64,000 bases of DNA from Emiliania huxleyi CCMP1516. Taxonomy: Eukaryota. This document shows, piece after piece, positions 47,263 to 58,942 of this stretch. Positions within the stretch are counted from its first letter, which is position 1. Every line of letters begins with the position of its first letter. The DNA lies in the NCBI RefSeq assembly GCF_000372725.1, contig NW_005202427.1:1214459-1278458 (forward strand), read 5' to 3'. The notes below the pieces were generated by a model, which did not search any database, was not told the DNA's origin, and saw only the letters and a list, made by a program, of their open reading frames with translations. The position numbers and the translations under genes were made by a program.

Positions 47263-47552
47263 GAGGGAGCCTTGGGCATGCTGGCGTTGCGTCTCGTGAT
47301 GTGCGCGCGGGTGGAATGGCTGCCGCTGGGACCACCGACCGCGGTTCCTGGTCTTCGTTTTAGATGGCCCCTCCGTGTGAGCATCTTCCACCCTGCGCAA
47401 AACCAAAGGTGTAGAGGAAAGGGGAGAAGAGGTAGGCGCAGATAAAAAGAAATTGCCCCGCCACGTGCTAGTGTGCGGGCGAGGTGTGCAGCTGCATTTG
47501 CGCGCGCCCGACCCGCAGCAGCTGGAGGCCCTCACCGCGAGTGCTTGTCGCG

Positions 47553-49990
47553 ATGGCCGACGCCGAGGCCGACAAGCGCGCAGAGGCCGAGATTGAAATC
47601 TGGAAGGTCAAGAAGCTCGTCAAGAACCTCGAGGCGGCACGCGGGTGCGCAGCGCCGACGCCCTGCCGCGATAGCCTGGGCGGGATGCACTGCGCCGCGT
47701 GGCGAGGAGGAGACCGGGCGGCCACGGATCAGCTCCGCCCTCACCGGGCCTCGCTCGCAGGAACGGCACGTCGATGATCTCGCTGATTCTGCCGCCGGGC
47801 AGCCAGATCTCTCAGGCGTCCAAGATGCTTGCCGAGGAGTACGGCACGGCGTCCAACATCAAGTCGCGCGTGAATCGCCTCTCCGTCCTCTCGGCCATCA
47901 CCTCGACCCAGCAGCGGCTCAAGCTCTTCTCCAAGGTTCCTCCGAACGGTCTCGTCATCTACTGCGGCACGATCCTGACCGACGAAAACAAGGAGCGGAA
48001 GGTCAACATCGACTTCGAGCCCTTCAAGCCGATCAACACGTCCCTGTACCTGTGCGACAACAAGTTCCACACCGAGGCGCTGCAGGAGCTCCTCATGTCG
48101 GACGACAAGTTCGGGTTCATCATCATGGACGGTCCGGCCCCGACACCGCTCCCTCCGCCTGACACACGGCCTCACACACAACCTCACACACCACCGCCGC
48201 AACGCCGCCCCGCGACGGCGCCGCCCCGCCCGCCGCCCTTGACCGCTCCTCGTCCGGTGCCCGAGCGGGCGGACGCCGCCGCCAGCCCACCCCCTCGCCC
48301 CTCTGCCGGCAGGTAACGGCTGCTTGTACGGCACTCTGGCGGGCAACCACCGAGAGGTGATCCACAAGTTCTCGGTCGACCTGCCGAAGAAGCACGGCCG
48401 CGGCGGCCAGTCGGCGCTGCGCTTCGCGCGGCTGCGGCTCGAGAAGCGTCAAAACTACGTGACCAAGTGCGCCGAGATGGCGACGCAGATGTTCATCACC
48501 AACGACAAGTGCAACGTGTCTGGGCTGGTGCTGGCCGGCTCGGCAGACTTCAAGGTGGTGCTCTCCGAGTCGGACAAGTTCGACCAGCGGCTCGCGGCAA
48601 AGGCAGCCCGCGCCCTCCCCACCCTCCCCACCCTCCCCTACCTCCCCACCCTCCCCGCCCTCACCACCACTCCCAANNNNNNNNNNNNNNNNNNNNNNNN
48701 NNNNNNNNNNNNNNNNNNNNNNNNNNNNNNNNNNNNNNNNNNNNNNNNNNNNNNNNNNNNNNNNNNNNNNNNNNNNCGCCTCCCCCGGCCCGCGCCACCT
48801 GTCGGCCCGCCTCCCTCTGCCGCCTCCCTCTACCGCCTCCCTCTGCCGCCTCCCTCTGCCGCCTCCCTCTGCCGCCTACCTCTGCCGCCTCCCTCTGCCG
48901 CCTCCCTCTGCCGCCTCCCTCTGCCGCCTCCCTCTGCCGCCTACCTCTGCCGCCTCCCTCTGCCGCCTCCCTCTGCCGCGAAGGTGCTCAAGACGGTGGA
49001 CGTGTCGTACGGCGGAGAGAACGGCTTCAACCAGGCGCGAGCTGGGCAGTCGCGAGGTAGTCGAGGGGTGAGGAGGCACTCCCTACAGAGAGGGCACAGG
49101 CGGGTTGAGTTCCCAGCCGTGCGCAGATAGCCGTGCAGACGGGGGGCGGCGCGGTCGCGGCATGCTGCCGCGGTGAGGCGTTCCTTCGTTTGTGCGGGCA
49201 GGCGATTGAGCTGTCGGCCGAGACGCTGGGCAACGTCAAGTTCGTGCAGGAGAAGAAGCTCATCTCGCAGTACTTTGAGCAGATCTCGCAGGACACGGGC
49301 AAGTTTTGCTTTGGGATCGACGACACGCTCAAGGGGCTCGAGATGGGCGCCGTGCAGATCCTCATCGTGTGGGAGAACCTTCAGGAAGGCCAGGAACCTT
49401 CTAGGAACCTTCTAGGCGCCGTGCAGATCCTCATCGTGTGGGAGAACCTGGCGACCTTGCGGTACACGCTCAAGGACGCAAACAGTGGCGCGCGGCGGCC
49501 TCGCGCCCCTCCCCCCGCAAGCCGCGCGCCCGTCACCCCGCCGCCGCCGCTCGCGTGCAGGGGAGGAGGAGGTGAGGCACATGTCGCCCGAGCAGGAGGC
49601 CGACAAGTCCAACTTCGTCTCCAAGGCACCGCCCGCTCGGTGCCCTCCCGCCCGCCACACCTCGCTCTGACGGGCCGCCTAGCATTCGCCGCGCAGGAGG
49701 GCGCCGACCTCGAGGTGGTCGACAAGGTGCAGCTGGTCGAGTGGTTCGCGTCCAACTACAAAAACTTTGGCGCGACGCTCGAGTTTGTGACAAACCGCTC
49801 GCAAGAGGGCGCGCCGCCCGCCGCCGCCCTGCGCCGCCCCTCTCCAGCGCGGGGGGCGCGGCCTGACGCAGCCCTCTCCCGCCCCGCGACAGGCTCGCAG
49901 TTTGTCAAGGGGTTTGGCGGGGTGGGAGGCATCCTCCGGTACAAGGTCGATTTCATGGAGCACGACTACGACAACGACGACTCGGACTAG
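47553..49990 (+). CDS. ETF1: eukaryotic peptide chain release factor 1 (eRF1), 9 exons, gap in an intron
   Basis: [82 protein letters not shown]. Confidence 0.98.
48808..48978 (+). repeat. 13-bp tandem repeat (CGCCTCCCTCTGC)n in eRF1 intron
   Basis: ~13 copies directly before the acceptor at ~48983. Confidence 0.9.
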
Positions 49991-50651
49991 CCGCTCCGCG
50001 CGGGGAGCCACCGGGGAGCCACCGCCGCCGGACCGGCCGCGGAGGGGGACGGGGCCGCGTCCCGCCAACGGCAGCCGCGCCCGCCGTTCGCACGCCACCG
50101 GGCGGTTCCGGGACGCGGGAGCCGCGTGCCTCGACCCCTCCGACGGCGTGATGGCGCGGTCTTCGGAGAAGATTCATTGTATCTATAATCTATAATCTGT
50201 GGTGTGTCGACCCCCTCGCTGCGCATGTCCCGGGAGACTACGTGTTGTGGCGTCCAGAAGAACGTTCACATGAAAAAATTACTCCCGTATGCCATACCGT
50301 GTGTGTAGTGTGTGTGTGGTTGCTTTGAGCCCCCACCATCACACGCCTCTGCGGCGTGCGGGTTGCGCGCCGCGCCGCAAGAGCTCCAAGGCGCGCTCGG
50401 GGCCCGGCTCTGACCGAGCCGGTAGAGAGCAGCACACGCGCCGTCTCAATACGCCAGTCGACACCCACCCCCTGCGCGTCCCCGCCGGCGCGCCGGCTCG
50501 ATAACGATACACCAGAGCCCGCCACGGCGTGGCGTCGCCGCCATCCAGCCGCGTCACCCCCCCGCCGCGCCATCCGAGGCCCGAGAGCCCTCCAGAGGCG
50601 TCCTTTACGGGGCTGGGAGGCCCGAGATGATCGACGCCTCCAGCCGACGCA

Positions 50652-51536
50652 TCAGTCGACGGGCGTGGCGTCGGGCATGTCATCGTCGGCGGCGTGTGCG
50701 CTGCTCCGGATCTGGCGCGCCGTCGACTTGCACTCCTTGAGGGTGCTGAAGGTGGTGGGGGTCTTGCAGACGGGGCACTGGCTGCGCCGGCTGCCAACCA
50801 GCCAGCTGTGGATGCCCTTGTGCGAGAAGACGCAGCGGGGGGTGTGGCCGGGCAGATGCGCCGCGCTCATCGGCCGCAGCTCGCCCTTGTCGCTCATCCG
50901 CGTCTGCAGGATGGGGCAAGTGAAGTTGAGCGTCTGCTGCGTCATGACGGGATCGTCGTCGTCGCCAGAGCCGGAACCGCCGGCAATCCGCTCCCGCAGG
51001 CTCGCCAGCTGGCGCGCATCGGGGTGCGCCCGGAAGGCGGCGTCGCCCCTGTCGCCGCTGCCTCCCGCCCGCTGCCGCGAGGCGGCGCTCTCGAGGTGCT
51101 CCTTGAAGCCGGCCTCGAGCTCGTCGGGCGCGCTCGGCGCGGCGGAGGAGAGGTAGTCGTTGACGCTTCCGACTGGAGGGCGGGACGGCGACGGGCGCTC
51201 TCAGCGCAGCGATTGGGGCGGGCGTGGACCGTCAGGAGCGCGCGCACGTGCATTCGCGGCGGCCTCCGAGCTGATCAGGTCGCGCAGCACCGCCTCGCAC
51301 TTGTCGAGCATCGCGAGGGTGCGCTCATCGCCCAGGTCGGCCCGGCTGTCCACCAGGTCGTTCGCCTTCTCGATGAGCCTAGCGCGGGGAGAGCGCGGCT
51401 CTCGGAGGCGGCGGGTAGGCCGCGCTCGCCGCGGCGGCGCACGCCTGTCGATGCAGACTTTGGTGTTTGACTTGAAAGTGCCGGCCTCCTGCACGATCTT
51501 GTGCGAGGCGTTCTGCGCGTGCACGGTGGCGGCCAT
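50652..51536 (-). CDS. NSMCE2: SUMO E3 ligase Nse2/Mms21 (SP-RING), 3 exons
   Basis: Helical N-terminus, then DDDPVMTQQTLNFTCPIL...P....CVFS...I...L.....CPV.C, the typical Nse2 layout. One ligand position appears divergent. Confidence 0.7.
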
Positions 51537-51685
51537 CCCTTGGAGGAGCGGAGGAGCGGGAGTGGGAGTTGGCGGGCGAAATTCTTTTTCTACGGAATTC
51601 CTTACCAGCATCTTTTTCTTTCTCCTCGCGGCGCGGTTTGTTTTGTTCCTCTTTCGCGAGCGAGTTTCTCGTCTTTCCACGTGCT

Positions 51686-53380
51686 ATGAGCAGGAAGCGC
51701 AAGCAGCGGCCGCCTCCTTCCACCGAGGCTGCGGGCGGCGACCCGCTGGCCGCCACGCTTGCCCGCTGGCTCAAGAGCCGCGGCGTCGTCTGGTCTAGCG
51801 CGCGCGTCGCGACAACGAGGGAGGGCGTGGTGGCGGGCTACGGCTGTGTCGCGCTCCAGCCTCTGCGGCGAGGCGAGGAGCTCTTCCGCGTGCCGCGCGC
51901 CGCGTGCCTCGGCGCAACCTCCGCGGGCGCCGACGCGGACGGCACGGACGGCGACTGTCAGCGGCGCCTCGCCCTCGCGCTTCTCGAGGCCACTGCCGAC
52001 TGGGCGCCGTTCCTCGCGATGCTGACGCCGGCGCGGTGCCCGTGGGTGTGGAGCGAGTCGGAGCGGCGGCAGCTCGACGGCACGGAGCTCGAGCCCGTCG
52101 TCGAGGCCAAGCTCCGCGCGCTCGCCGAGGAGCACGCCTCGCTCCCGCAGGCCGTGGCGGAAGCCTGCGGCGCGGAGCGGTACGCGGAGCTCTGCGCGCT
52201 CGCCGCGTCGCACGCCAACCCGTGGTGGGGCGGCTGCATCGCCCCCTTCAACACGACGCTCAACTGGGCGCGCCGGCCAAACGTCTCCTTTGAGCCGCGC
52301 GGCTCGAAGTGGGTGGTGGGCGTCGCGACGAGGTCCGCCACACCAGCCTCCCCGCCCGACCCTATCGCAGCAGCCGCCCGCCACGCCCGCCTTCTCGACA
52401 TGGAGGCCGCTGTCGCCACACTGTGTCACTTCCCTGCCGCAGGCGCATCCGCGCGGGCGAGGAGCTGACCCAGGCCTACGGCGGCGCCACGGCACGCCCT
52501 CGCCATGCCTGCCTCGGATGTGCCTCGGATGGCAGTCGTGCCGCGCCACCTGACGTGCCTGGCGCTGCGGACTTGGTAGGCGGACCTCGTCTACAGGTGC
52601 GGCTTCGCCCCGCCCCCCGCCGCAGAGGGGGAGGAGGACGGGAGCGGCAGCGACGACAGCGACGACGGCGACGGCGACGACGTCGTTCAGGTCTCGCTCG
52701 GGGCGCTGGCGCGGGCCGTGCACGCCGCGAGCGGTGGCGGCGGGGAGGAGGGCGGCGGGGAGGAGGGCGGCGGTTCTTCCCGGCTGGTGCGGGAGCGAAG
52801 CGGTGCGCTCGAGCGGAGCGGCGCCGTCGAGCCCAGCCCGTGGGACGGCGTCGACCAGCTCACATTCGAGCTCGGTCCGCGCGGCGAGGGCACTGCTCGG
52901 CTGGTGGGGGCGGCCTTGCTGCTGCTGGCGCCGGAGGCGGAGTGGCGGCGCGCCGTCGGCGCGCTGGACGCGGGCGGCGCGGAGGGCGGCGCGGGGGACG
53001 ACGACCGTGCGGCGGCGGCGCTGCTCGGCGGCGTGGTTGGCGCGAGCGAGTCGGAGCGGCGCTCGCTGGCTCGGGTCGGCGAGGAGGAGGGCGGCGAGGA
53101 GGGCGACCCGTGGCCGAGCCTGCTGCACGCCGCTCTCCTGGGCGGCGGCGGGCGGCGGGCGGTGATGGAGCGCGCGCGGCAGGTGGCTGCCGCCGCGGTC
53201 GCCGACAGGGAGGCCGCCCTCGGCCTCGCTCCGACCATGTCTCGGCTGCAAGGCGTCAGTGCCGAGGTGCACTGCGTCTGCTCCCGCCTCCGCGCGTGCG
53301 AGCGGTCCGTCCTGCGCTCCGCGGCCGACGCGCTTTCCGCCCCGCCCGAGGCGGCGGTGTCGGCGCGCTTGTTCGGGTGA
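51686..53380 (+). CDS. SET-domain lysine methyltransferase (SETD6/Rubisco-LSMT-like), multi-exon
   Basis: WLKSRGV, AGYGCVA...GEELFRVPR, W.PFLAML, P.VWSE.E..QLDGT, APF...LNW...PNV, IRAGEELTQAYG...LVYRCGF. Confidence 0.8.
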
Positions 53381-53520
53381 CGCCAGCTTGTTCGGGGAGG
53401 GGGGGGACGGTGTGCCAAAAAGAAAATCGGGCCCTCTCTTCTCCTACCCGACCTACCTGCCAGCCAGAGCGGCTCGGCCCCCCCCCCCCCCTCTCTCTTC
53501 TCCCGTTGCACCTACCTGCC

Positions 53521-56500
53521 ATGTCCATCTCCAAGTCCTTTCGCTACCAGGCCGAGTCTAGCGGGCTGCACCCAGACAGGTCGCTCTGCCCCTATTGTGG
53601 AGCGCGAAAGCGAATGCACGTCTGCCGCTGGGCGTGGCCGAGCAGCCGAAACAGCAGCAGAGCCGTAATCAGTGCGGCATCGCCTGCAGCTGCCCAGGCA
53701 CACAGCGGCGGCAGCGTCCGCATCAACCTGTCCGAGCTTACGCCTGCTGTTCCCGAGGCTGCCGGCCATTCTCCGGTCGAGTCGGACTGGCTCAGCGACG
53801 GGCCTCGCGTTGGGGCTAGGGTGCTGCGGCGCCTCAAGGGCCACGGGCACGTCCATGCCGTGGTTCAGCTCTACCTGCCGGCGGGCGCGGATGACGAGCC
53901 CGCGCTTTGGCGCATCCGGCATGCGGACGGGGATGAAGAGGATCTGGTGCGCACACCCAGCCTCATCGCCGTCAGCACCGCCTCGTCGCTGCACCGCCCC
54001 TCGGGACCGCTATGCCTCACCCTCCCCTCGCCTCCGCTCGCACAGGAGGAGTACGAGCTGCTCGAGGCGCTGCAGCGCTTCGCCACCAGTCGTGCGGGCA
54101 GGGCCAGGGCGGCGGCGGAGGCGGCGGGTGGACACGCGCGGGTGGCGGGGCAGGCGGAGACGTCAAGCTCGGGAGGGCCAGTGCGGGCGGCAGCGGCGGC
54201 AGGGGTTGCGGACGACGCGGAGGGAGAGACGGCGGAGGAGGCGGAGGCGGAGGCGGGCTCAGCAGGTTTTACCGCCTCGCCGCCGCCTCCGCCGCCTCCG
54301 CCGCACAGGGAGGCTGCACCCGCCGCGCCGCTCGTGACAGAGGCGGAGGGGCTACGCTTGCACCTCTCCAGCAGCAGCAGCACCGGGTACAAGGGCGTGC
54401 GCGCGGACAGGAGCCGCTTCAAGGCGCAGCGCAGGGTGGGTGGAAGGCTGCTCTCCATCGGCACCTTCAACACGGCGGTGGAGGCGGCGGTGGCGTGGGC
54501 GCGTGCGGTCGGCGAGTACCAGCCTCCGACGGTGGCGACGGAGGCGGACGGGCTGCGGCTGCACCTCTCGAGCAGCAGCAACGCCGGCTACAGGTGCGTG
54601 TTCCAGCACGCCTCTGGCCGCAGGAGCCGCTTCCAGGCGCAGCACAAGGTGAACGGACGAAAGGTCTCCCTCGGCTACTTCGACACGGCGGTGGAGGCGG
54701 CGGTGGCGTACGCGCGGGCGGTCGGGCAGACGGAGGCGGCAGGCGCGGCGGAGGAGGGCGACGAAGTAGGCGGCGAGGAGGAGGGCGGCGAGGAGGGCGG
54801 GTGGAGCGGTGGCGGCGAGGAGGAGAGCCACTTCCAGGTGGGAGGCCGCGTCGCTGTACAGTACTCTGACGGCGCCTTGTACCCGGGCGAGATCGTGGGC
54901 TTTGACGGTGCGTCGAGCCTGTACTCGGTGCGGTGCGACGACGGCGAGTTGCTGGAGGACGTCTCGCTGCACGAGATGCTGCGAGAGGTGGGAGAGGGCG
55001 AGTGGGAGGAGCAGGAGCGAGCGAGCGGGGAGGGGATGGAGGTGGAGGAGGCGGAGGCGGCAGCGGGCTCAGCAGGGCCTCCGCCGCACAGGGAGGCTGC
55101 ACCCGCCGCGCCGCTCGTGACAGAGGCGGAGGGACTGCAGCTGCACCTCTCGAGCAGCACCAGCACCGGCTACAGTGGCGTGCGCGCGGACAGGAGCCGC
55201 TTCAAGGCGCAGCGCAGGGTGGGTGGAAGGATGGTCTACTTGGGCTCCTTCGCCACGGCGGTGGAGGCGGCGGTGGCGTACGCGCGGGCGGGCGGCGAGT
55301 ACCAGCCTCCGGCTCCTCCGACGGTGGCGACAGAGGCGGAGGGGCTGCGGCTGCACCTCTCGAGCAGCAGCAGCACCGGCTACAAGAACGTGGGCAAGCT
55401 ACCCTCTGGCCGCTACCAGGTGCAGCACAAGGTGGGCGGAAGGCAGGTCTACTTGGGCTCCTTCGCCACGGCGGTGGAGGCGGCGGTGGCGTACGCGCGG
55501 GCGAAGGCGGGAAAGGCGAGAGGGCCAGAGCGGGCCGCGGAGGAGGCAGGGTCGGCGGAGGGCGCGGAGGCGGAGGGGATGGAGGTGGAGCAGGCGGAGG
55601 AAGCGGAGGCGGAGGGCTCAGCAGGCGGGGAGAAGGGAGAGAGGGCGGAGGAGGCGGAGGCGGGCTCAGCAGGTTTTACCGCCTCGCCGCCGCCTCCGCC
55701 GCCTCCGCCGCACAGGGAGGCTGCACCCGCCGCGCCGCTCGTGACAGAGGCGGAGGGACTGCAGCTGCACCTCTCGAGCAGCACCAGCACCGGGTACAGT
55801 GGCGTGCGCGCGGACAGGAGCCGCTTCAAGGCGCAGCGCAGGGTGGGTGGAAGGATGGTCTACTTGGGCTCCTTCGCCACGGCGGTGGAGGCGGCGGTGG
55901 CGTACGCGCGGGCGGTCGGGCAGGCGGAGGCGGCAGGCGCGGCGGCGGTGCCGGCGGAGGAGGGCGACGAAGTAGGCGGCGAGGAGGAGGGCGGCGAGGA
56001 GGAGGAAGAGGCTGTGGAGGCCAGGGAGATGGAGGCGATGGAGGCAGAGGAGGCGGAGGAGGCAGCGGCGGCGGCGGCGGAGGAGGAGGAGGGCGCAGAG
56101 GGGGCGCCGGAGGAGGAAGAGGCGGCGGAGGCCGCAGGCACGGCGGCCGTTTCCGCCGCCGCGCCGCTCGTGACAGAGGCGGAGGGGCTGCGTCTGCACC
56201 TCTCCAGCAGCAACGCCACCGGCTACAAGGGCGTGTACGAGCACTCTGGCCGCTTCAAGGCGCAGCGCAGGGTGGGTGGAAGGCTGGGCTCCATCGGCAA
56301 GTTCGACACGGCGGTGGAGGCGGCGGTGGCGTACGCGCGTGCGGTCGGCGAGTACCAGCCTCCGGCTCCTCCGACGGTGGCGACTGAGGCGGAGGGGCTG
56401 CGTCTGCACCTCTCTAGCAGCGGCGGCACCGGCTACAAAGGAGTAGCGCGGCGCCCCTCTGGCCGCTTCTCGGCGCAGCACTGGGTGGACGGAAGGCTGG

Positions 56501-57342
56501 TAGGCCTCGGCTACTTCGACACGGCGGTGGAGGCGGCGGTGGCGTACGCGCGGGCGGTCGGGCAGGCGGAGGCGGCAGGCGCGGGAGGGCCAGCGCGGGC
56601 AGCAGCGGCGGCGGGGGAGGCGGAGGCGGGGGAGACGGAGGAGGAAGAGGCTGTGGAGGCCAGGGAGATGGAGGCGATGGAGGCAGAGTAGGCGGAGGAG
56701 GCAGCGGCGGCGGCGGAGGAGGAGGATGTGCCGCCGCAGGCCGAGGGGTTGCGTTTGCACCTCTCCGGCTGCACGGGCTCCGCTGGCCTGGCTGCCGGCT
56801 CTCCGTGCTGGGCCAAGCTACGCGGCTCGCCTTGGTGGCCTGCACTCATCAGCGCGGAGGAGGGCGAGTCGGTGCGGGTGCGCTTCTGCGGCACGGGCAA
56901 CGTGGCGACACTCGAGCGCGCGAGCTGCATCAAGTCGCTCCGCGAGGACGAGCGCCTCTTCGACGCCACGCGCTGGGGCAAGGACTTTGGGCGGCCAAAG
57001 TGGAAGCACCTTCGCGCGCCCTTTGCGAGTGCCGTCGCTCAGGCACTCGAGGTCGAGGCGGCCCTCCCGCATGCGCCGCCGGGCGCGCTAAGCCGAGGAC
57101 CGGCCGGAAGCTCCGCAGACAACGCGAGGCGGTGCGACGAGCGGCCGCCCAAGCGTCGTCGCACCTCGGCTGCGCAGGAGGCGGTGCAGATGGTGGCAGA
57201 CCTGGAGACGGCGGACGCGGAGCTCGACGCGCCGCCTGTGCGGAGGTGCGCCGTCACGCTCGACCGCTGCTTGCCCAGCAGCGCCAACCGCGGCGCGGCC
57301 CCTCCTCGCCTCGGCATCGGCGACGGGTGGGCCGCCTCGTAA
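53521..57342 (+). CDS. Tudor-like + 7x AP2-like DNA-binding repeats + PWWP chromatin protein; in-frame TAG at 56689-56691
   Basis: Repeat EAEGLRLHLSSSxxTGYKGV...RFKAQ...LGxFxTAVEAAVAYARA x7; Tudor-like FQVGGRVAVQYSDGALYPGEI...YSVRCDDGE; PWWP CWAKLRGSPWWPA...VRFCG. Intron ~53947-54045. Confidence 0.82.
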
Positions 57343-58942
57343 TGTTGTTCAAGTGTTCACCCCAGCCCATAGGCAAAGCCGTACGTAAAATGGCTAGCGG
57401 GCGAGCTCTAAACATTCACGTCTACAAAGTATTCGCCGATAACGATTGGGGTAGCGGGCTTGTTGTGCGAGTATATGGGCCAAAAGCGTCGAAAATGTCC
57501 CAAAAAGCGTGTCTAGAGTTTGTTGCAGCCCCACAGCTGGCGCGCGCTGCCAGGAAGCACCGCTCGCGTGTCGGCGGCACTCCCTGGCACCCAGGGAGTG
57601 CCGCGAACCGACCAGACCGAATGGGCTCGACGCCGCGCTCGCTGTGGGGCTGCAACAAAGTCGCCGCCGAGCGTGCCACCGACGGCGTCCTGGCGGAGGT
57701 GGTGGAGTTTGAGACCTGAGGCTGCGGAGGTGACGCCTGAGGTACCGGGCCGTGCACGGCGACTCAGCCGGCGACCGCCACGGGCTCAGACGAGACTTGT
57801 CGACTCGTTACGGCTCAGCTTCACCGTGGTCATCGGGCGTCTGTCGACGTCAGGACCACCATACAGCTCGCGGGTTTGAGGTCGCAAGAGCCAAGATGGT
57901 GGCGTTTGGACATCCCAACCATCACACAAGACAGCCTGTAGGTGATGGCGGGACGGCGCAGTGTTTGTGGCACTCGGCAGTAGGCACCCGCGGCACGGCC
58001 CCGCTGTCGGCTCTCACGGGCTGCGGAACCGGCCCCAGAGGGAGCCGGTCCGGGCGAGTGTGGCAGCTCCTGCGCTAGTATGGGCACCCTCTATCATAGC
58101 ACTACTGATCCTGGTCATTAGAGCTGCCAGGGATAGCGTCAGGAGCCGGTAGGAGTCAAAACCTCTCATATTTGAGACATCGTGTCCCATATACTCGCAC
58201 AACGAGCCAGCGGTAGGGGCCCTAACTCGTGATAGGCCACTAGTTTCCCGCAGGAGACTCACGGAGATCCTCTCCTCTCCTACCTCTTCTTCTGCCTCTG
58301 CGTCCTTCACGGACTCTCCGTGGACATCTTTTACTTCATCTTTTACGGAAGTTTGAACTTCCGTGTGTGTCGGGCGCTCCCGCCCGCTCGCTGCTCTGAT
58401 GAGCGCGGCTTCCGCTGCTCTCTCCTGCTCACCTGGCCATGACGCCGCTCCTCGTCCTTGGCCGCGCCAGGCTCTCCTTCCTACTGCGCCAGCCCTTCGG
58501 CTGCACCAGTTCTTTCTTCTCCGTGCAGGATCTGTGCGTCTGCGCCATTGTTGCTGTTGCTGGCGACTGTCCTTGGCAGCAGTGCACGATGGGCGATGGC
58601 CTCATCTGCTTGCCTGCGATGCTCTGCGGTCGCCTCGGCCCTGCCACAGCGGCCTCGTCCACCTGGAGACCTGAGTCGGTGGCTCCACAGCCCGCTCTGA
58701 GGAATGCTGTTGCATCTCAACTCGTGGCGTGCCTCTCTCTTCTCTCCGTCAGGGATACTGCGTAGCCCTTCCTGGTGGAGGCGCGCGCGATTCCGTGACT
58801 CTCCTTTTACGCGCCAATGTACCCTCACCGAAGGTGCATAGGAGTGAATCCGAGTGAAACTAGTTCGGGCATTCGCGAAGGTTGGTGTATGTGCCGCGCC
58901 GCGTCCCTACGGCATCGAGACCCCGCGGTAAACCATTGTATT

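Noticed and set aside
47840..48075. Variant genetic code signalled by eRF1
   Set aside because: The TASNIKS and YLCDNKF motifs are canonical, and TAA, TAG and TGA all terminate genes in this window.
52309..53520. N-terminal 400 aa of the 1460-aa ORF
   Set aside because: It is an Arg/Gly-rich off-frame read of SET-gene exons; the real gene probably starts at 53521.
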